DNA of 63,080 nt, the filler included, from Intoshia linei (Eukaryota > Animalia > Orthonectida), in NCBI GenBank assembly GCA_001642005.1. It is 7 parts of 7 records of this genome, joined end to end, with 100 filler letters (N's around TTAATTAATTAA, not from the genome) between each part and the next. Parts side by side here need not be neighbours in the genome. Positions count along the whole stretch, not along the records: positions 15,417 to 25,510 come from LWCA01001320.1; positions 25,611 to 40,362 come from LWCA01000944.1; 5 more parts are not named here. One strand, 5' to 3'. Under the pieces are notes generated by a model. The model saw nothing but the letters and a program-made list of their open reading frames with translations. It ran no database searches and was not told the origin of the DNA. Both the position numbers and the translations under genes were made by a program. Each line of letters opens with the position of its first letter. The first letter of the stretch is position 1. Shown here piece by piece: positions 24,641 to 39,860 of the stretch.

Positions 24641-25673
24641 AACATTTTGTTTAAAATTATATAATATTATGTAATATAATATTCAAATTTCCCTTGAAAA
24701 TGTGGTATGAAATTACTACGTTATACATAATCATATCTGCTAAATTATATGCAATGCATATTATGCATTGAATAAATTTAAATAATATAAATAGCCAGAA
24801 TTCAAGAAATTAAATCGTTAATAAAACCCCCAAAAATTGAGCTAGAAACAAATTTAAAAAAATGAACTGTATAATTAAACATGGAGAACAATATTATAAA
24901 GTTGGTACCACGTTTAAAAGCTCAAATGCCAATTTCCGTTAAAATAAATTTGAGTTTTAATTTCTTCATAATATTTTTAAAGTGACATTTAAAATGAGAA
25001 ACGCAACTTGAATAGATAGTGTTAAATGTTTTTGATTGCGAATTAGTTTTTCTATTTTAAAAATACACACCTTTAATGTTAATTGCCTATCGAATTCTAA
25101 AATTTTCGAAAAAATGTGACACCCTAGTATACATGTTAACATGTTTATAAAACTGAAATTGAATTAATTGAATTTCTGTGTGATTCAACATTATTCATTT
25201 TATATGAAATTTTTTAATTTCATCATGCAATCTTTTGTAAGGCGATTCACCAGCTATTACCTTAATTTATATACCACGTTGTAGTGATTGTGCCGGGAAA
25301 AAAACCGGGACAAAATTCCCGGGATATTTAATAATTTCTCGGGATTTCCCGAAAAAAATTGAGACATACCTGTATTTGATTTATGTTTGTTATTACAGTG
25401 ATATTTCGATTTAGTCATGTTCGATTACTTCAATTTTAGTTTATTTGGAGTTAAATGTTAAATGTAAAGCCAAAATTACATATCTATGATTGCAAAAAAT
25501 ATTTTTGGCTNNNNNNNNNNNNNNNNNNNNNNNNNNNNNNNNNNNNNNNNNNNNTTAATTAATTAANNNNNNNNNNNNNNNNNNNNNNNNNNNNNNNNNN
25601 NNNNNNNNNNATATTATATTAATAATATTATAATAAATTTGTAAATCTAAATATGCTTCAATGTTATATTTAG

Positions 25674-28600
25674 TTATCGCTGCAGCTGCAGGAAATTCTC
25701 TCAATGAATTAACATTTCTTGGGTTTTTTGGAATAATCGACCCTATTAAACCTGGAATATCAAAATTTTTAGATAATTTGGATTATAAAAGTATAAAATA
25801 TAAAATTCTCACTGGTGATTCTTTCGAAACAGCCAATGCAGTGGGTACTTTATTTTTTAATTAAGGCAACATTTAAGACGGATTAAAACTACAATTATAG
25901 ATTGAGTGAGGATATAGGATTTTGAAATTGAAAATTAACATAATATTGATGAAATTATAACTTTCTATTAGAATATGTTGTTTTTATAATTCTAGGACGG
26001 GTTTGAATTTAAAAACAAAGGAAAATTGGAGTTTTTAACTTGAAAGGAATCAATTTCAAATTCAAATTTGCGATAAAACACCACTCTGTAAAAACTGTTA
26101 TAGAAATATGGAATTTGTAAAACTCGACTCCCCTGACTTTCTTAAATAAATAAACAGACATACATTTTTAACCATTTTAGTTTATATAAGTAAGGATTTT
26201 GTAAATGAAATAATTTTATATTATTGTATTATTTATAAATCATTTTAGTTAATAAATTAATTGAACATTACATTCCCAACGAAAAAGCCATGTCTGGAAA
26301 AGAAATTGATAAACTAAAGCATTCAAAAGATATTAATCAAAAAATTGTATCTTGTCGTTTGTTTTATCGTTTAAATCCCCGAAACAAACATTTTATAATT
26401 AAAGTAATATTTCATTTTACAAGATTAAACAAAAGTTGAATATTAGACCCTTCAAGAGGACGGTAGTGTTATAGCTATGATTGGGGATGGTGTAAATGAT
26501 TCGCTTGCCTTAAAATCAGCTGATGTCGGAATATCAATGGGAACATCTGGAACAGATATCAGTCGTGATTCTGCCGACGTTATATTGTGCAACGATAATT
26601 TTGATAATATTTAGTAATTGATTTCAATTTTTTTTATTAAAATCAATTTTATATAGTGACGCTATAAAAGAAGGACAAGGAATTGTAAGAAATATTTCTA
26701 ATTTTCTTGGTTTTCAATTAAGCACGTAATTTAATTTTTTCAAATGCATTGTCAAATATTGAATATCTTAAATCTGTGATATTTGAGAGTCTTTGTGGTC
26801 GCGAATCGCGATCATAGTACATGATTTTTCTCTAATTTTTTATGTTTGTAAATCAGATTTTAATTTGTTTCACACATTCAATTATATATTAACAGTTTTA
26901 CTCAGCTTTACCCCTGCTAAATATAAAACCAATTTCAACTTTTATAATATCTTAAGGATAAAAATGCAAATTTTATTGACAATAATAGGAAAAGTAGTGT
27001 TAAATACATCTGATGAAGACTAGAATTTTACCAAACTAGAGAAAAATCATTTCATTTTATATTTATATTGTTAAGACTTAAATTAAGTAAGAAGTAGCTC
27101 GAGATATTACAGCATAACACAATGTGTAATACACATGATTTACGAAAAATTTTTCAGGTGTCATTTTTTGATTTTAGATGGACCTCGAGCATTGTAATAT
27201 TTTTTTCCTGATAATTAAAAAATCTGTTTCAATCTCACAGATTGTTGAAATAGGGGTCCGTGGAGTGGTAACTTTTAGTAGCTTATAAATGAATCTTTAT
27301 ATAGATTATTTTTGCAAATCATGAAATAACTTAATTTTTTCTATATAACTGGGATGAACTTGCATCAATATTTTATAATTATAATATTACCATTCTTTTA
27401 GCGGAATTGCTGCCTTAATATTAATTACTCTTAACACATTATATAAAATCGATAGCCCTTTAAACCCGATGCAAATATTGTGGATCAATGTGATCATGGA
27501 TGGTCCACCTGCTCAAAGGTAATATTGTCGAATAAAGATTAAATAAAGTCTGAAAATTTTGATTATAATGCAATTTTATTTCTAAAAATTAAAATAATCT
27601 GGATTAGAAATTAATTACTCGTTTAGTTTAGGAGTTGAACCTGTCCATGACACCGACAACAATCACAAATGTAAGATTATTGACAAAAATTTAATTTGCA
27701 GAATACTCAAGACCTCCTTAATCATTGTCTGTGGTACCAGTTATGTCTATTGGAATGAAGTAACTTATAATTAAACTATTTAATTTTTCAGATTTCTATA
27801 GACGGGGTTGCAACTCGAGACACCACCATGGCTTTTACGTGTTTCGTTTTTTTTGATATGTTTAGTGCTTTATCATGGAGATCTAAGGTATTTTATTTAG
27901 GCGTTTTTGATTTTTTCTGTTATCAATTAAAAAATATAAAATGTTATTTAATTTTTTTGTTTAGACAAAGTCTATATTGAAAATTGGATTTTTTTCGAAT
28001 CAATTTTTTATTTATGCTGTATTACTTTCAATTACTGCTCAATTTTTAGTTATATATTTTTACCCATTGCAGTATATTTTTCAAACAGAATCATTATATT
28101 TCACAGGTATATTTATACTCTATATTAGGGTTTCCTAAATGCCGCTCCGTGAAAACTTTTAACTAATTATAAATCAATTTATTAATTTTTTAATAACATA
28201 GTTTCGAAATAAAAAAATGAATAGTGAAGTGCTTTTTTGACTGTGAGGGCGTCACTTTGTCAGATTGAAATTTTTGTGTGTATTAACTGGAAATACATCA
28301 GTGTTTCCCAACCTTTTTTACTACATTACCCATATTACAGTACTCATTTTGATATTACTCACAATATTTTTTAACTGCATATTGGACGGTCAGGTTTTTA
28401 GAATAAGAGCCATATAGATTTTTTAATAATTTAATGAAAATTTTTGAAAAACTTACAAAAAAGTGAAATCTATCTTACTCGCTGTACCAGAAAAAAACTG
28501 ACTTAGAATTTAGGTTTTTAATTTTCTTGGACTGTTGCGACATGTCGGCTTAAGGTTAGATAAAACCTATTTATATTTTTTTACGTATAATTAAAAAAAA

Positions 28601-31600
28601 TTACTTTTTTGATAATAATAAAATAGTTTCCAAAAAAAATTGAAATTTACTAAAGTGTTTTTTGACTGCGAGGGCGTCACTTTGTCAGATTGAAATTTTT
28701 TGTGTGTGTTAACTAGATATAGCTGTATCAACTGTATTTTTTTAACATTCTAGGACTTCATTTTTAAAAAAAGGGTAATCTGGAATTTTTATCATCAAAA
28801 TGCACTTTATTGAGGTTGTCATTCATGATAATGCTTATGATTTTAATAACTATCCGAGAATTTATTTTTTTAAATTTTTGAGTTGATTTTAATTTTAAAA
28901 AAAATGGAAAATTAGGTTTTTGACACAATTATTTTTACACATATACAATATACATATATTTAATTAATTTTTGGACTCAATTTTGGGAAATTAAACTTAG
29001 ATATAAACATAACCTATGCAAAACTGTATTAGATATTGGTTTTTAAATTGATTAAGTTTTAATTGACTTTTAATTTTTTAGATAAACTGTAACACACACA
29101 GACATACAATTTTATACAAGTAAAGGATATTAATTTTTTACATGACTAAATTTTAATATTATTTAAAAATTATATTATATATGACGTTATATAGTACAAT
29201 GCACAGTGTGAATGCGACACAAAATAAAATAAAAAAATTCCTATTTTTTAGAACAAATTTCGCGATTACCCATGAAAAATATCAAAATACCCACACGTTG
29301 GGAATCACTGATTTAGATTTATCAACTCATTTTTTTTAAATTCTTGGACTATTTTCATTTTTTAAAAAAGTGTAATCTGTGGTTTTGATCGTGAAAATGC
29401 ACTTTTTTGAGGTTGCTATGTATTATTGGTTGATATTAGTTGATTTTAAAAACATTATAATTTATGTGTTATAAAATTTTTGTGACATGTTTCATTTTTA
29501 AAAAAAAGAGTAATTTGAGTTATTTATTAAATTGAGTATCCTTTTTTAAATTTTGCTAACCAACAATCACTATACTTGAAATTGGAGTTAGGATTAATGC
29601 CGTCCATAATTAGTTGAGTCTTCTCCTTTAACATTTCCGAATATAATGTAATATCTACTATTTGTCGGCTTAAAATCCCTATAAATAATATAGTAGTGAT
29701 TTAATGTTGATCAAATTCTTTTTCTAATCTTTTTACTTAAAATTGCATTTGTTTTCTTACTAATTTATTATTTTATTACCTAAATTTTCACAGATTGTTA
29801 CTGTCAGTTTCTATTTGAAAATAATCTTAGCTAATCAAATTACATTTATACAAAGCAATATTTATCGTAATGATTAATCTACTTATTGAGATATTTCTCA
29901 ATTGATATAATTGCATTTGTTATTTAAAGAGTGATTTGAATGTATATGTGTTTAATATCATATATTGAATTATAATATATTTGGCAATACACATGTAATC
30001 ATTTTATTTACTGCTTGTATTTAATACTTTATAATGATTTGCGAATCTAATATTAATAAATTATTTCTAATTCACTCAATTGTAATAAATTATGACTATT
30101 TGACTTTGAAAACTTTATTTATAACTTGTAACTTATCGAATTAACGGACATATTTCTTTGTCTTTGTCTATATCAGTGGTTCCTGTCATATCAACCCTGT
30201 TATTTATTGACAATTCAGACTGTATTTGTTTTTTTATTTCATTATTTAAAAGTAAATTTTTAAATTTAAATTTTAAATTATTAAAAATTATTATTAAAAA
30301 TTAAAAGTTAAAAATTTTTATAAATGGAAATGAAACTTAAATATAATCACTGATGTCAAATATCAATATTTTGTAGAATAAAGGTTAATCAAAATTGTTA
30401 TTATAGAAGTTTTAATTATAGTTATAAAAACGACATTTCTTTGTAAATGACCTAATATAATATATTATATTGATTGTTTATTATAATTGTAGGACCCTAC
30501 AATTATAATATAAATTTGCAGAAAAATGTTATCCGATAGCATTTGAGAAATTTAACACTGAAAATTGTTTTGTTTAAACCAGTGTTTCTCAAAGTGTGTG
30601 TAGCGAGATTTTTGGGAAAAAATTAAAAAAATATTTAAAACAACATTTGATTTTTTAGTTAATTATATTTGTTTTACTTTAAAATATATTATATTAAACT
30701 TAAAATTTGTTTCAATTTCAAGTTTATTATAAACTTTAACAGTTGAACTTTTACTTTTACCATGGATAAGTTTTTAATGAAGAATGACGGAAAAAGAAGA
30801 TATGTTATGAGTCAAGTAATATAAATAGTGAATTTTATTAAGTCGCGACCTCTTCAATCACAACTTTTTGCTTAACTTTATGATGTTATGGACTCAGATT
30901 ATAAAAGTTTGCTATATCATACTGAAGTTCGCTGGTTGTCAAAAGGAAAAGTGTTGAATCGACTTTTGCGTCTTAAAGTGGAAGTAACTTCCTTTCTTAA
31001 AAATAAAGATACTGATTTTGGATTTGAGTTAAATGACGAGATCTGGTGGTTGAAAGTTAAATTTCTTTCCGATTTATTTGAGAAATTAAACTCACTAAAC
31101 TTGAGTCTTCAAGGACCATCTGAAAATATTATAAAATCAACATCAAAATTGAAATCATTCAAAGAGAAAGTTTCCTTGTGGAAGATGAAGGTATCAGAGG
31201 GAATATTTGATTGCTTTCCAACTGTTAACGAATCCTATTACAAGAAAATTGACTTGGAAATTTTACATTCACTCACTGAATTACAGTCGGCACTTCAATT
31301 TTACTTTTCATTACTTGATATTGATGATTATAAATGGATGATAAATCCATTTACGATTAGCAAAAAATATAACTTGACAATCGCAGAGGAGGAACAACTG
31401 ATTAATTTGAGAAATGACATATTTTATCAATCAATATTTACTCATATGAATTTAGATGAGTTTTGGCTCAAGGTGAAAAAATCTTTTTCGTTAATTAGCC
31501 TGAAAGCTGTCAAAATTTTGTTANTTACCATTTTCTTCTTCATGGTTTTGTGAAACAGGCTTTTCGGCATTAACTGAAATCAAATCCAAAAAGCGAGAAA

Positions 31601-32120
31601 GACTTCTCAGAATTGATGATGAAATGCGAGTTTGCTTGTCGTCTTTGAACTTTCGATGGAATTTAATTTGTTCTCGGAAGCAAGTTCATTTGTCACTCTG
31701 AATAAATTTTTATTATTGTTGCTTTTGATTTTCGGTCCAGTTTTCTTCTGTTTTTACTTTAATCTTAAAGGGTTGCAACGTCATTGTTGATTATTATACA
31801 TCATTTAATCATTTTTTTGAAATATTTGCTTGATGATGTGTCGCGTATTTTTCTTATGTGAAGAGTGTGTCGCAGCTTAAGAAAGTTTGAGAAACACTGG
31901 TTTAAACTGAATTAGTGTTTTTTGTGGTTTAAATTGCTTAAAATGGCATTATTAATATAATAATTATTTTTTATAATTTTAAATTTTTATATGATATTTA
32001 GATATTTTAAAATTAATTGCCATTTCTTCAACAATATTTATTTTTTCTGAGATTGAAAAATTGATAAATACATGGAGAATTAACAGAAAAAAATCGATTG
32101 TTTATAAACTCATTATCTAA
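25674..32120 (+). CDS. ATP2C1: Secretory-pathway Ca2+/Mn2+ P-type ATPase (SPCA/PMR1), 3' exons
   Basis: Spliced motifs [61 protein letters not shown] (SPCA-diagnostic) and [15 protein letters not shown]. Last exon 32002-32120. The 5' half is lost at the gap. Confidence 0.93.
30580..31899 (+). mobile_element. hAT Buster/Charlie-type transposon, internally deleted, in the last SPCA intron
   Basis: TIR cagtgtttctcaaa / tttgagaaacactg and perfect TSD gtttaaac. Transposase remnant with [20 protein letters not shown] and CETGFS. Confidence 0.95.
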
Positions 32121-32629
32121 AAAAATTGTATACTTTATTAAATTTTACAAAAATTTCTTAATGGTGAAATAACAATATTTTATATCTATAATTTTATGAA
32201 ATTATTACAGATCAATAATAATTATGTCATATATGTAGTACGTATGGTATATATGCTATTAAATTTCTACTCCATCTTAAATGTGGGTTAGGGATATAAC
32301 CAAATAATGAATTATAACGCAATGAAAATTACTTGGTAGTAAAAAAGAAAACTAGTAATTATTAATTTAATAACATTTGGTTTGCATCTGGAAAACTATG
32401 TCTACATTTTAAATTTGAAGTATTTTATATTTGTTAATGTATTTATAGCACACTTTGAATTTAAAGATTTATGTTATGTTAAGTTAATTTTATTTGACTA
32501 AAAAGTATATTCTAAATGTTGAATAATTATTTTAAATTTAATGTTGATTTCTGCACTAGAGAAAAATCACAATCTCAGTTAATTTAGGTTGCAATTTGCA
32601 ATGGATGGATATCATTTCGATTTAGTGAA

Positions 32630-35600
32630 ATGAATTTGATTCTATATGTACTTCTATCTTTATTGCTGGTTTGTATTATTTTGATTACCATTGTTGGCAA
32701 TATTATTGTACTATATGCTATTTCTTATTACCCTAAACTTAAAAGAAATGTTACCAATATATTTGTACGAAATCTTGCTTCAGCTGATTTGCTCCTGGGA
32801 ATATGTGTTTTGCCTTTCTCAGCCACCTACGAAATTATTAAATGGTGGCCTTTTGGACATGTATTTTGCCACATTTGGGCTGGCATTGATGTTTGCTGCT
32901 GTACAGCATCAATATACAGTCTTTGTGCGATCAGTATTGATCGTTACATTGGAGTAACCCGTCCCCTTAGACACAAAGTTATAATGACCAGACGCCGAGC
33001 TTATATCACACTTATTTGTATTTGGATTTCTTCTATTCTTATTTCTCTTGGTACAATGCTCGATATATTCAAAGTATCAATTCTAAATCCCTCAACTCCT
33101 CATATTAATCCACTCGAAAAGTAATTATTATACGTAATGCGGTAAATTTAATAAACCAGTGAGAATTGAATTATCAAATAAATTACAGTTTGGTGTAAAT
33201 CAATTTCAAATAATTATGCAAGTATCGATTATTTTATTTTCACCAAACTATCTCATTTCATATGCAATTTTTATTCCAACAATTCTGCTAAATCACTAAT
33301 TTCTAATTAAATTAATTATTTAATGAAAACCTTTAGAAATTTAAATCTCTTGATATTTATAATTTATTGTAAATCCTAAGTTATATAAAATTATTGAGCT
33401 GAAAATATCTGTCAGTTTATTTATTTGTTTATTTATTTGTTTATTTATGTGACTGTTCCAGTTTAATAGTAAAGTAGCAAGAGTTGACTTTTAAAAATTA
33501 TAATTTATACTACAATTTGTCGAGGGGAAGGTTTTATCGCAAATTTCATTTTCTGGAACTGAGTCCTTCAAGGTCAAAACTCAATTATCTTTTTTTTGAA
33601 TCAAACGAGTCCCAGAATTTAAAAATTAATTTAAATATATAGTCTGATATAGATTATAAAATTATGATTAATTTCAAAAACTTATATTTTCAGGACCGAA
33701 ACCACAAATTTTCCTTTTTTATAACATTTTTGTAAATGAAAAAAATCTTAGAATTTTATAAAACAAACTCTGTTATTGTATTAATTATCTATTATTGTTT
33801 TAAATCATAAACATTACCATAAATCTCAACCTCAAAAATTTGCATTTTCACGATCAAAACTCTAGATTACCCTTTTTTTAAAACATGAAAATTTTTATCT
33901 GACAAAGTGATGTTTTTACAGTTAAAAATGCACTTTGGTTTTCACTTTTTTTTTTATTTGCTAATTATTTTATAAAAACAAAAAATATTCAATAACTAAT
34001 AGTCCTAGAATTTAAACAAAATATTTTTCTGATAAAATTAAATTTCAGTTGATTTAGTTACAAAATTTCAACCTCAGAAATCTACGACTTCCCGGTAAAA
34101 AATAACTTTTAATATATTATAATATATTTTATCAATTATAAGATCATATCAATCATATTTTTTTAAAAATTATAAATTAAAATTAAAAATGAAAATATTT
34201 ATCCTACAATTTCGAAAAAATATGAACACAAATGTTACCAAAATAAAGTGAATAATTTCATATAAATCATTTATAAATTATGATATAAATATAATTTGGT
34301 GTGAATTAAGGGGTCCATAGTGAAATACGTTTGAGAACCATTCTTTCACCCTAAATGCAATATACTCATTCACACCTACAAATATATGTACCATGTGTAG
34401 CAGTTAAAATTTTATTTTAAGGGTACATATTATAACATGCATAACCTTTAATTTATTTCGGCAGGTTTCACAAACCTAGGCCTTTTTCGATATGTTTTCA
34501 ATCATTTTCACAGTAAAAATAACGAAAGTTACTGAAAATATGGAAAACTCATATTTATTAACATGTAAATATAATAAACAAAAAAGCTCAAGTGTCCTCC
34601 AAATAAACATATTAATATGTAAATCAAATTAAAATGAAAGTTTGTTTTTTAAATCAATAGATTAGCCAGTATATTAATGCTTCTCGATTATCATTTTATG
34701 GTCTTTAAAATGTTATTATCAATGAATAAATCAATTTAAATTAATCTAAAGTAAGTCGTACAATGCATGTGTTATCAATTTTGAAATATTTAGTATACAC
34801 TACCGGACAATATTATAAAGCACCTCATATATTTTGTCGAAAAAGGACAAATAATACTTATAATTTGCTAATTTCTCTTAGTAATATCTAAATTTGGATT
34901 TAAAACATATAGAAGCAAAAAAATATAAAATAAAAAACTTTTTCTAATAAATGAGATTCAAATTAATAGTAGACAAAAAATGGGGACAAAAATGCTTTAT
35001 AACGTAACGATTTAGCGTAAAAAATATTATTAGGACTACGAGAAATTGCTTATTTTTATTTAATATTTAGTTATACATCCTTTTCCATAAATTACTTTAA
35101 ATAAATCTAGAATTCATACTGTTTATCAAGGAATTTATAGTATCTTGACCGATGCCATTACATGCGACGATAATAGCTTCTTTAAGATGTTTAAGGTTTG
35201 AATATTGTTTACCTTCGCAATATATGCTTCTAGAAATTATACCTCGTATACTATATTACTATATTATATACTATATATATACTTATACTTATATATTACT
35301 ATATACTATATTTTATCGTAGTCTTAAATATATTTTTTACTTTAAATCGTTATTATAAAGCATTTTTGTCCCCATTTTTTGTCTACTATTAATTTGAATC
35401 TCATTTATTAGAAAAAGTTTTTTATTTTATATTTTTTGCTTCTACCATGTTTTAAATCCAAATTTAGAGATTACTAAGAGAAATTAGCGAATTATATGTA
35501 TTATTTGTCATTATTCGACCAAATATATGAGGTGCTTTATAATACTGTACGGCAGTGTATAAGATTTATTAATTTTTTTGAGATAACAAGTAGTGAGCTC

Positions 35601-36873
35601 AAGAATTTATAATACATTAAAAAAAGGTGAAATGTCATACTTTTTCTATAAAAGGGGATAATTTTTGCAACCAAAAAAATATTTTGTCATTTTAAAATTA
35701 AAGTTAGTTAATAGTTATCAAAATTCGCCCCACTTTGAGAACCGCTGGTTATAAAAACTCAAATGGTTCAAAACAAAAAAATTTATTATTAATAATATTT
35801 TTGTAACCTACTGTGTAATTTTAGTTATATGAAGCCAGAACCACTTAAATTAATAAATATTTCAAAAATTGAAAATTGTGAATTGTCTCAATCTCTACAG
35901 TACGTGATTATATCTTCATCTGTATCATTCTATATACCTTGCTTAATTATAATTATTTTTTATCACCGATTATACAAAACTGCTAGTAAATTGATTGCAT
36001 CCCAATCTCGTGGTATATGCACGAGTACAGAAAATAAAGTAACGATTAGAATGCAAAAGGGTTTTAAATCAAAGAAAAATAAAACCAATTATCAGCAATT
36101 TAATTCATTTGTAAATTTGGATCAAAATTCCAAAAATAAAAGTGTTAATTATTCCTACGTTAATCCAGTGTGCCTCAAACGAACCTATTCAGAGCAAAGC
36201 AGTTACAAGAATAATCAACATGTTAGACTACTTTCAGATTCGAAAAATGTTCAATTTTATTATAGTTTACCTAATATGCCAAAAATAAGAAACATCACAA
36301 TAAAAACAGTAGTCGAATGTATTGAAAGATTAATTATAATTTAGATTAATAAAGATGAAATTAAATATAGCTCAACATTTCGAAAGATTAAAAATATTTG
36401 CGTAATAATTAAGTTTTTAAAATTTAATTTTTTTAGAAAAAAGTCAGACAGGGAAAATTAATCAGCCTACGCAATTTCAAAAGAGATGTAAGAGAATCAG
36501 AAATGCAGAAATTGAACAAATTTCGTAATCAGCACAAAGCAGCCAAAACATTGAGTATAGTGGTAGGGTTTTTTATTTTCTGCTGGTTTCCATTCTTTTT
36601 TATATACCCTCTAGGTATAATAATCTAAAATGTATTCATATGTGTTTAGACGTAATGTACCCTGAATTAGAAATACCTCCGATTGTGTTCAAGATTGCAT
36701 TTTGGATGGGGTATACCAATAGCACATTAAACCCAGTAATATATGGAATATCATCAAGAGAATTTAAAAAAGCTTATCAAATCATATTTGTAAAATTAGC
36801 TTTCTGGAAACGAAATGTACAAAAAAATCATCACATATATTCTAGATCCAGAGAATTTATTGAATTAACTTAA
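32630..36873 (+). CDS. Aminergic class A GPCR, alpha1-adrenergic-receptor-like
   Basis: TM1 [37 protein letters not shown]5 [36 protein letters not shown]. Exons about 32588/32630-33120, 35825-~36310, 36345-36401, 36437-36614 and 36650-36873. An upstream exon is possible. Confidence 0.9.
34798..35557. mobile_element. Internally deleted Tc1 element with ~230-bp TIRs, in a GPCR intron
   Basis: Long inverted repeats TA|cactaccggacaatattataaagcacc ... ggtgctttataatactgtacggcagtg|TA. A - strand Tc1 C-terminal remnant ([14 protein letters not shown]) lies at about 35060-35230. Confidence 0.88.
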
Positions 36874-36913
36874 AAATTATTGTATAAAAAATTTATTTAA
36901 AAAATATATATAA

Positions 36914-37213
36914 TTATGCTAAAAAATTCCAATCTTGACGACACATGGGACATTGATTAGAATTTGACTGACTTGAATTTATCCATTTGAGAATGCAGTG
37001 CATATGAAATTCGTGGCAACATTTCCCTTCGGTTAATGGACATTCTTCGCCCGGGTACGTACATTCACTGCAACATGTATCAAATGAACGCTTACATATA
37101 CCGCATGTACTTTCTCTAGCATTCCACGCCCTAAATTTAAACAATACTTATTACACATTAATTATTTTATACCATGATGTGACAAAGTTTAGTTTTACAA
37201 TTTCACACTTCAT
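36914..37213 (-). CDS. ANAPC11: Anaphase-promoting complex subunit 11 (RING-H2)
   Basis: Exon 1 37213-37173, a 42-nt GT-AG intron, exon 2 37130-36914. Protein MKCEIVKLNFVTSWAWNARESTCGICKRSFD..CPL..GKCCHEFHMHCILKW..CPMCRQDW. Confidence 0.93.
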
Positions 37214-39349
37214 AATGAAGTCTTCATTGCGAATTTATTATAAAGTCTTCATAATTTATTTTTTTATGGAAATAAAGTTGAAGTTAAAATCGAAGACATT
37301 ATTTAGAGCAAGTCTAAAATAATAGATATTTACATTAAGATTTAATTTAAGTGAATTTTGACTTTAGATTAATTTTACAATTAACAACAAAACAGATGCA
37401 AACTTAATTTATATCTGAAATCCTATTAATTCATAACCTTGATAAGTAATGTCTTTGATAATTTTAAATTGTACTGTTTATTTAATTGTGAATATTTACT
37501 TTGAATGTAAGTATATATAATTAAATTATGTTAAAATATCAAAAAAGAAACAGAAAATACAACACAAAGTCGTTGCATTTATTATATTTATTCAACAGGT
37601 TTATTGAAAAAGTTACTACTACATATAACAGAATATCTCATGGCAGGTATTTTTATCAACCATGTTATTACTATCAATAACATTCACCAAATACATATGG
37701 TTTTTTTGAGAGGTGAACATTTACTGAAAATAAGCGTCTTTCTTAATTATTTTCTAAATTTTACTGTTGGTCGGCCCAATCAAATATTTATTCAAGCGCA
37801 ATAGTATAAATCGACTGTTATTTATCATTTTATCAAAAAATTAAATATTTTCTTACAAATTATGTTTTTACTATTGCTATTAATTAATAAATTAATTAAC
37901 TAATATACATGTATACTTAAAGTAATGCCTATTCAAACAGACACAATTTTAATTATCTCAGATAAATTGTTATAGAATAATTAGTATATTTTATAGAATT
38001 TTATGTTATAGTATTAACTATGGATTTAGTTTATTTGGTTGGTATACCCAATGCTGAACCTATCACACTTCGAGGCCACTTTTCGGGAGTCTCGACGAAT
38101 TTTTTTAACTTGGGACATCATTACTCCAAATTTCACCATTCAAAAAATTATATTCTTGATAATATTTTATAACATTAACATTTGTGTGTTAAAATCAAAA
38201 TGTCCAGTCAATGGTATTGGATGATGGCTAAGGGCTGTGAAACACGCATCGTTTGCGAATTTTTGTAGAGAAATATTTTTCATTTTCATGTGGTCTCGAG
38301 GTTGGTAGGTTTGGCTCTGGGTAAACTCATTTGAGTATACAAAGTTAAATAAGAAAATATAGACTTCACATTTATTTTGGTTTTTAAGTGTGATGGGATT
38401 CCTTTTAAATAGACCATACAATAGTAAATTATTATAAATATTTTACAAATAAATTAACCTTTGTAAAAACCACAACATTGAAGTTAGAATTTTAATTTTA
38501 TTTTAAAAAAAAATTACAATTTAAGCAAGTAAATACACACAAAAACAATTAATTCACAGAAATTACACTAAAATTAATTACATGAGTTACAAGAGTAAAG
38601 ATTTAAACTTAAAAAAATAAAAAAGATAATAAAGAAGATAAGACTATCGTCTTCATTGTCATTACAATCAAACAGTATTGTAATAATATCAATACAACTT
38701 CATACTTCAATTTTAAAAAATAATGGTAATATTTTTTGTGTAACAGTTATACTATAACTTATCCATTTTTTTACTTCATATTTTGATAAAATACTACGTT
38801 TATCTCAACCACGAAAATGTTAACCAGTTGAAATCAATAAATAAATGCGCCATTAGAGAGGAATATATTTCAATCAAAAGTCATTTACAACAGGGGTTCC
38901 CACACTTTTTTCTTATACATTATGTATAATAAATTATAAAATAAATGCAAACATTAAAGTTAAATTACTACAAAACATTTAAAAAAATTGTTAAAAACGT
39001 AATAGATTAAAGTGGCCAGAAAAAATAGATACTATCAATTTTAGTTTATTTGGTGTTAAATATAAAGCCAAAACTACTTATTTATGATGACGAATTTAAT
39101 AAATGAACTTTTAATTACTAAAAAATGTTTCAAAATTATTTCGCGGCATTAAGAAAACGCTGCTTTACAATATGTTGACATTAACTACAAGATTAAAAAA
39201 TTTATACTCAAGTAATACTAATAGATGTTAATTTGACTTAATAGTAGAGGCTTTGAGTGTATTTGAGGTGTAATAAAGGTTAAATTAAATTTTTTTATAT
39301 CAGATGATTAAAAATGAAACTTTGAAGTGCATGTCAAATATATATTACA

Positions 39350-39860
39350 CTAGGTTGACTGTTATATATTACATACAAACAGCACCTAGCTCTGCCGAAG
39401 CACATTTTTATTCCACCAAAAAAATAAATTCACGTTGAAAATCTAACTTAAAAATCCCACTATTCACTATTATCAATCCTTTAAAGGAGTAGTTCCCAAA
39501 CTTGTTTCAGGTGGAACCGTCATATCACATTACTTTATACTTTAAAGTAAATTATTCCATCTTAAATTTGTTTTGTTAACATTTGTGTAAAGAATTTAAA
39601 AACAATTGTTATCCCATTTTTTAAATTTATTAGACAGAATGTGTGTAATATTAAAAATAAAGTAAAAACAGTCCAATCCTAAAAATTAATTAAAATTAAA
39701 TAAATAATAAAACCTATTTTGTCATTTTCAATGAGATAATATATATTCAGTACCAATTTAATAAATACTTAAAAATACCAATTATGTATCTGTGATTAAC
39801 GGAATTAGCACTTTATAAACGCATTTCAGGTGAATTTTACCAATATTGCAAAGCATTGTA
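39350..39860 (-). mobile_element. Helitron-like family copy, interrupted at ~39860 by a pogo-like MITE end
   Basis: a|ctaggttgactg terminus plus family body. Then TA|cagtccgacct, which matches the reverse complement of 58805-58894. Confidence 0.7.

Noticed and set aside
38020-38421. GC-richer stretch with short ORFs on both strands
   Set aside because: No consistent splice model or family could be assigned.
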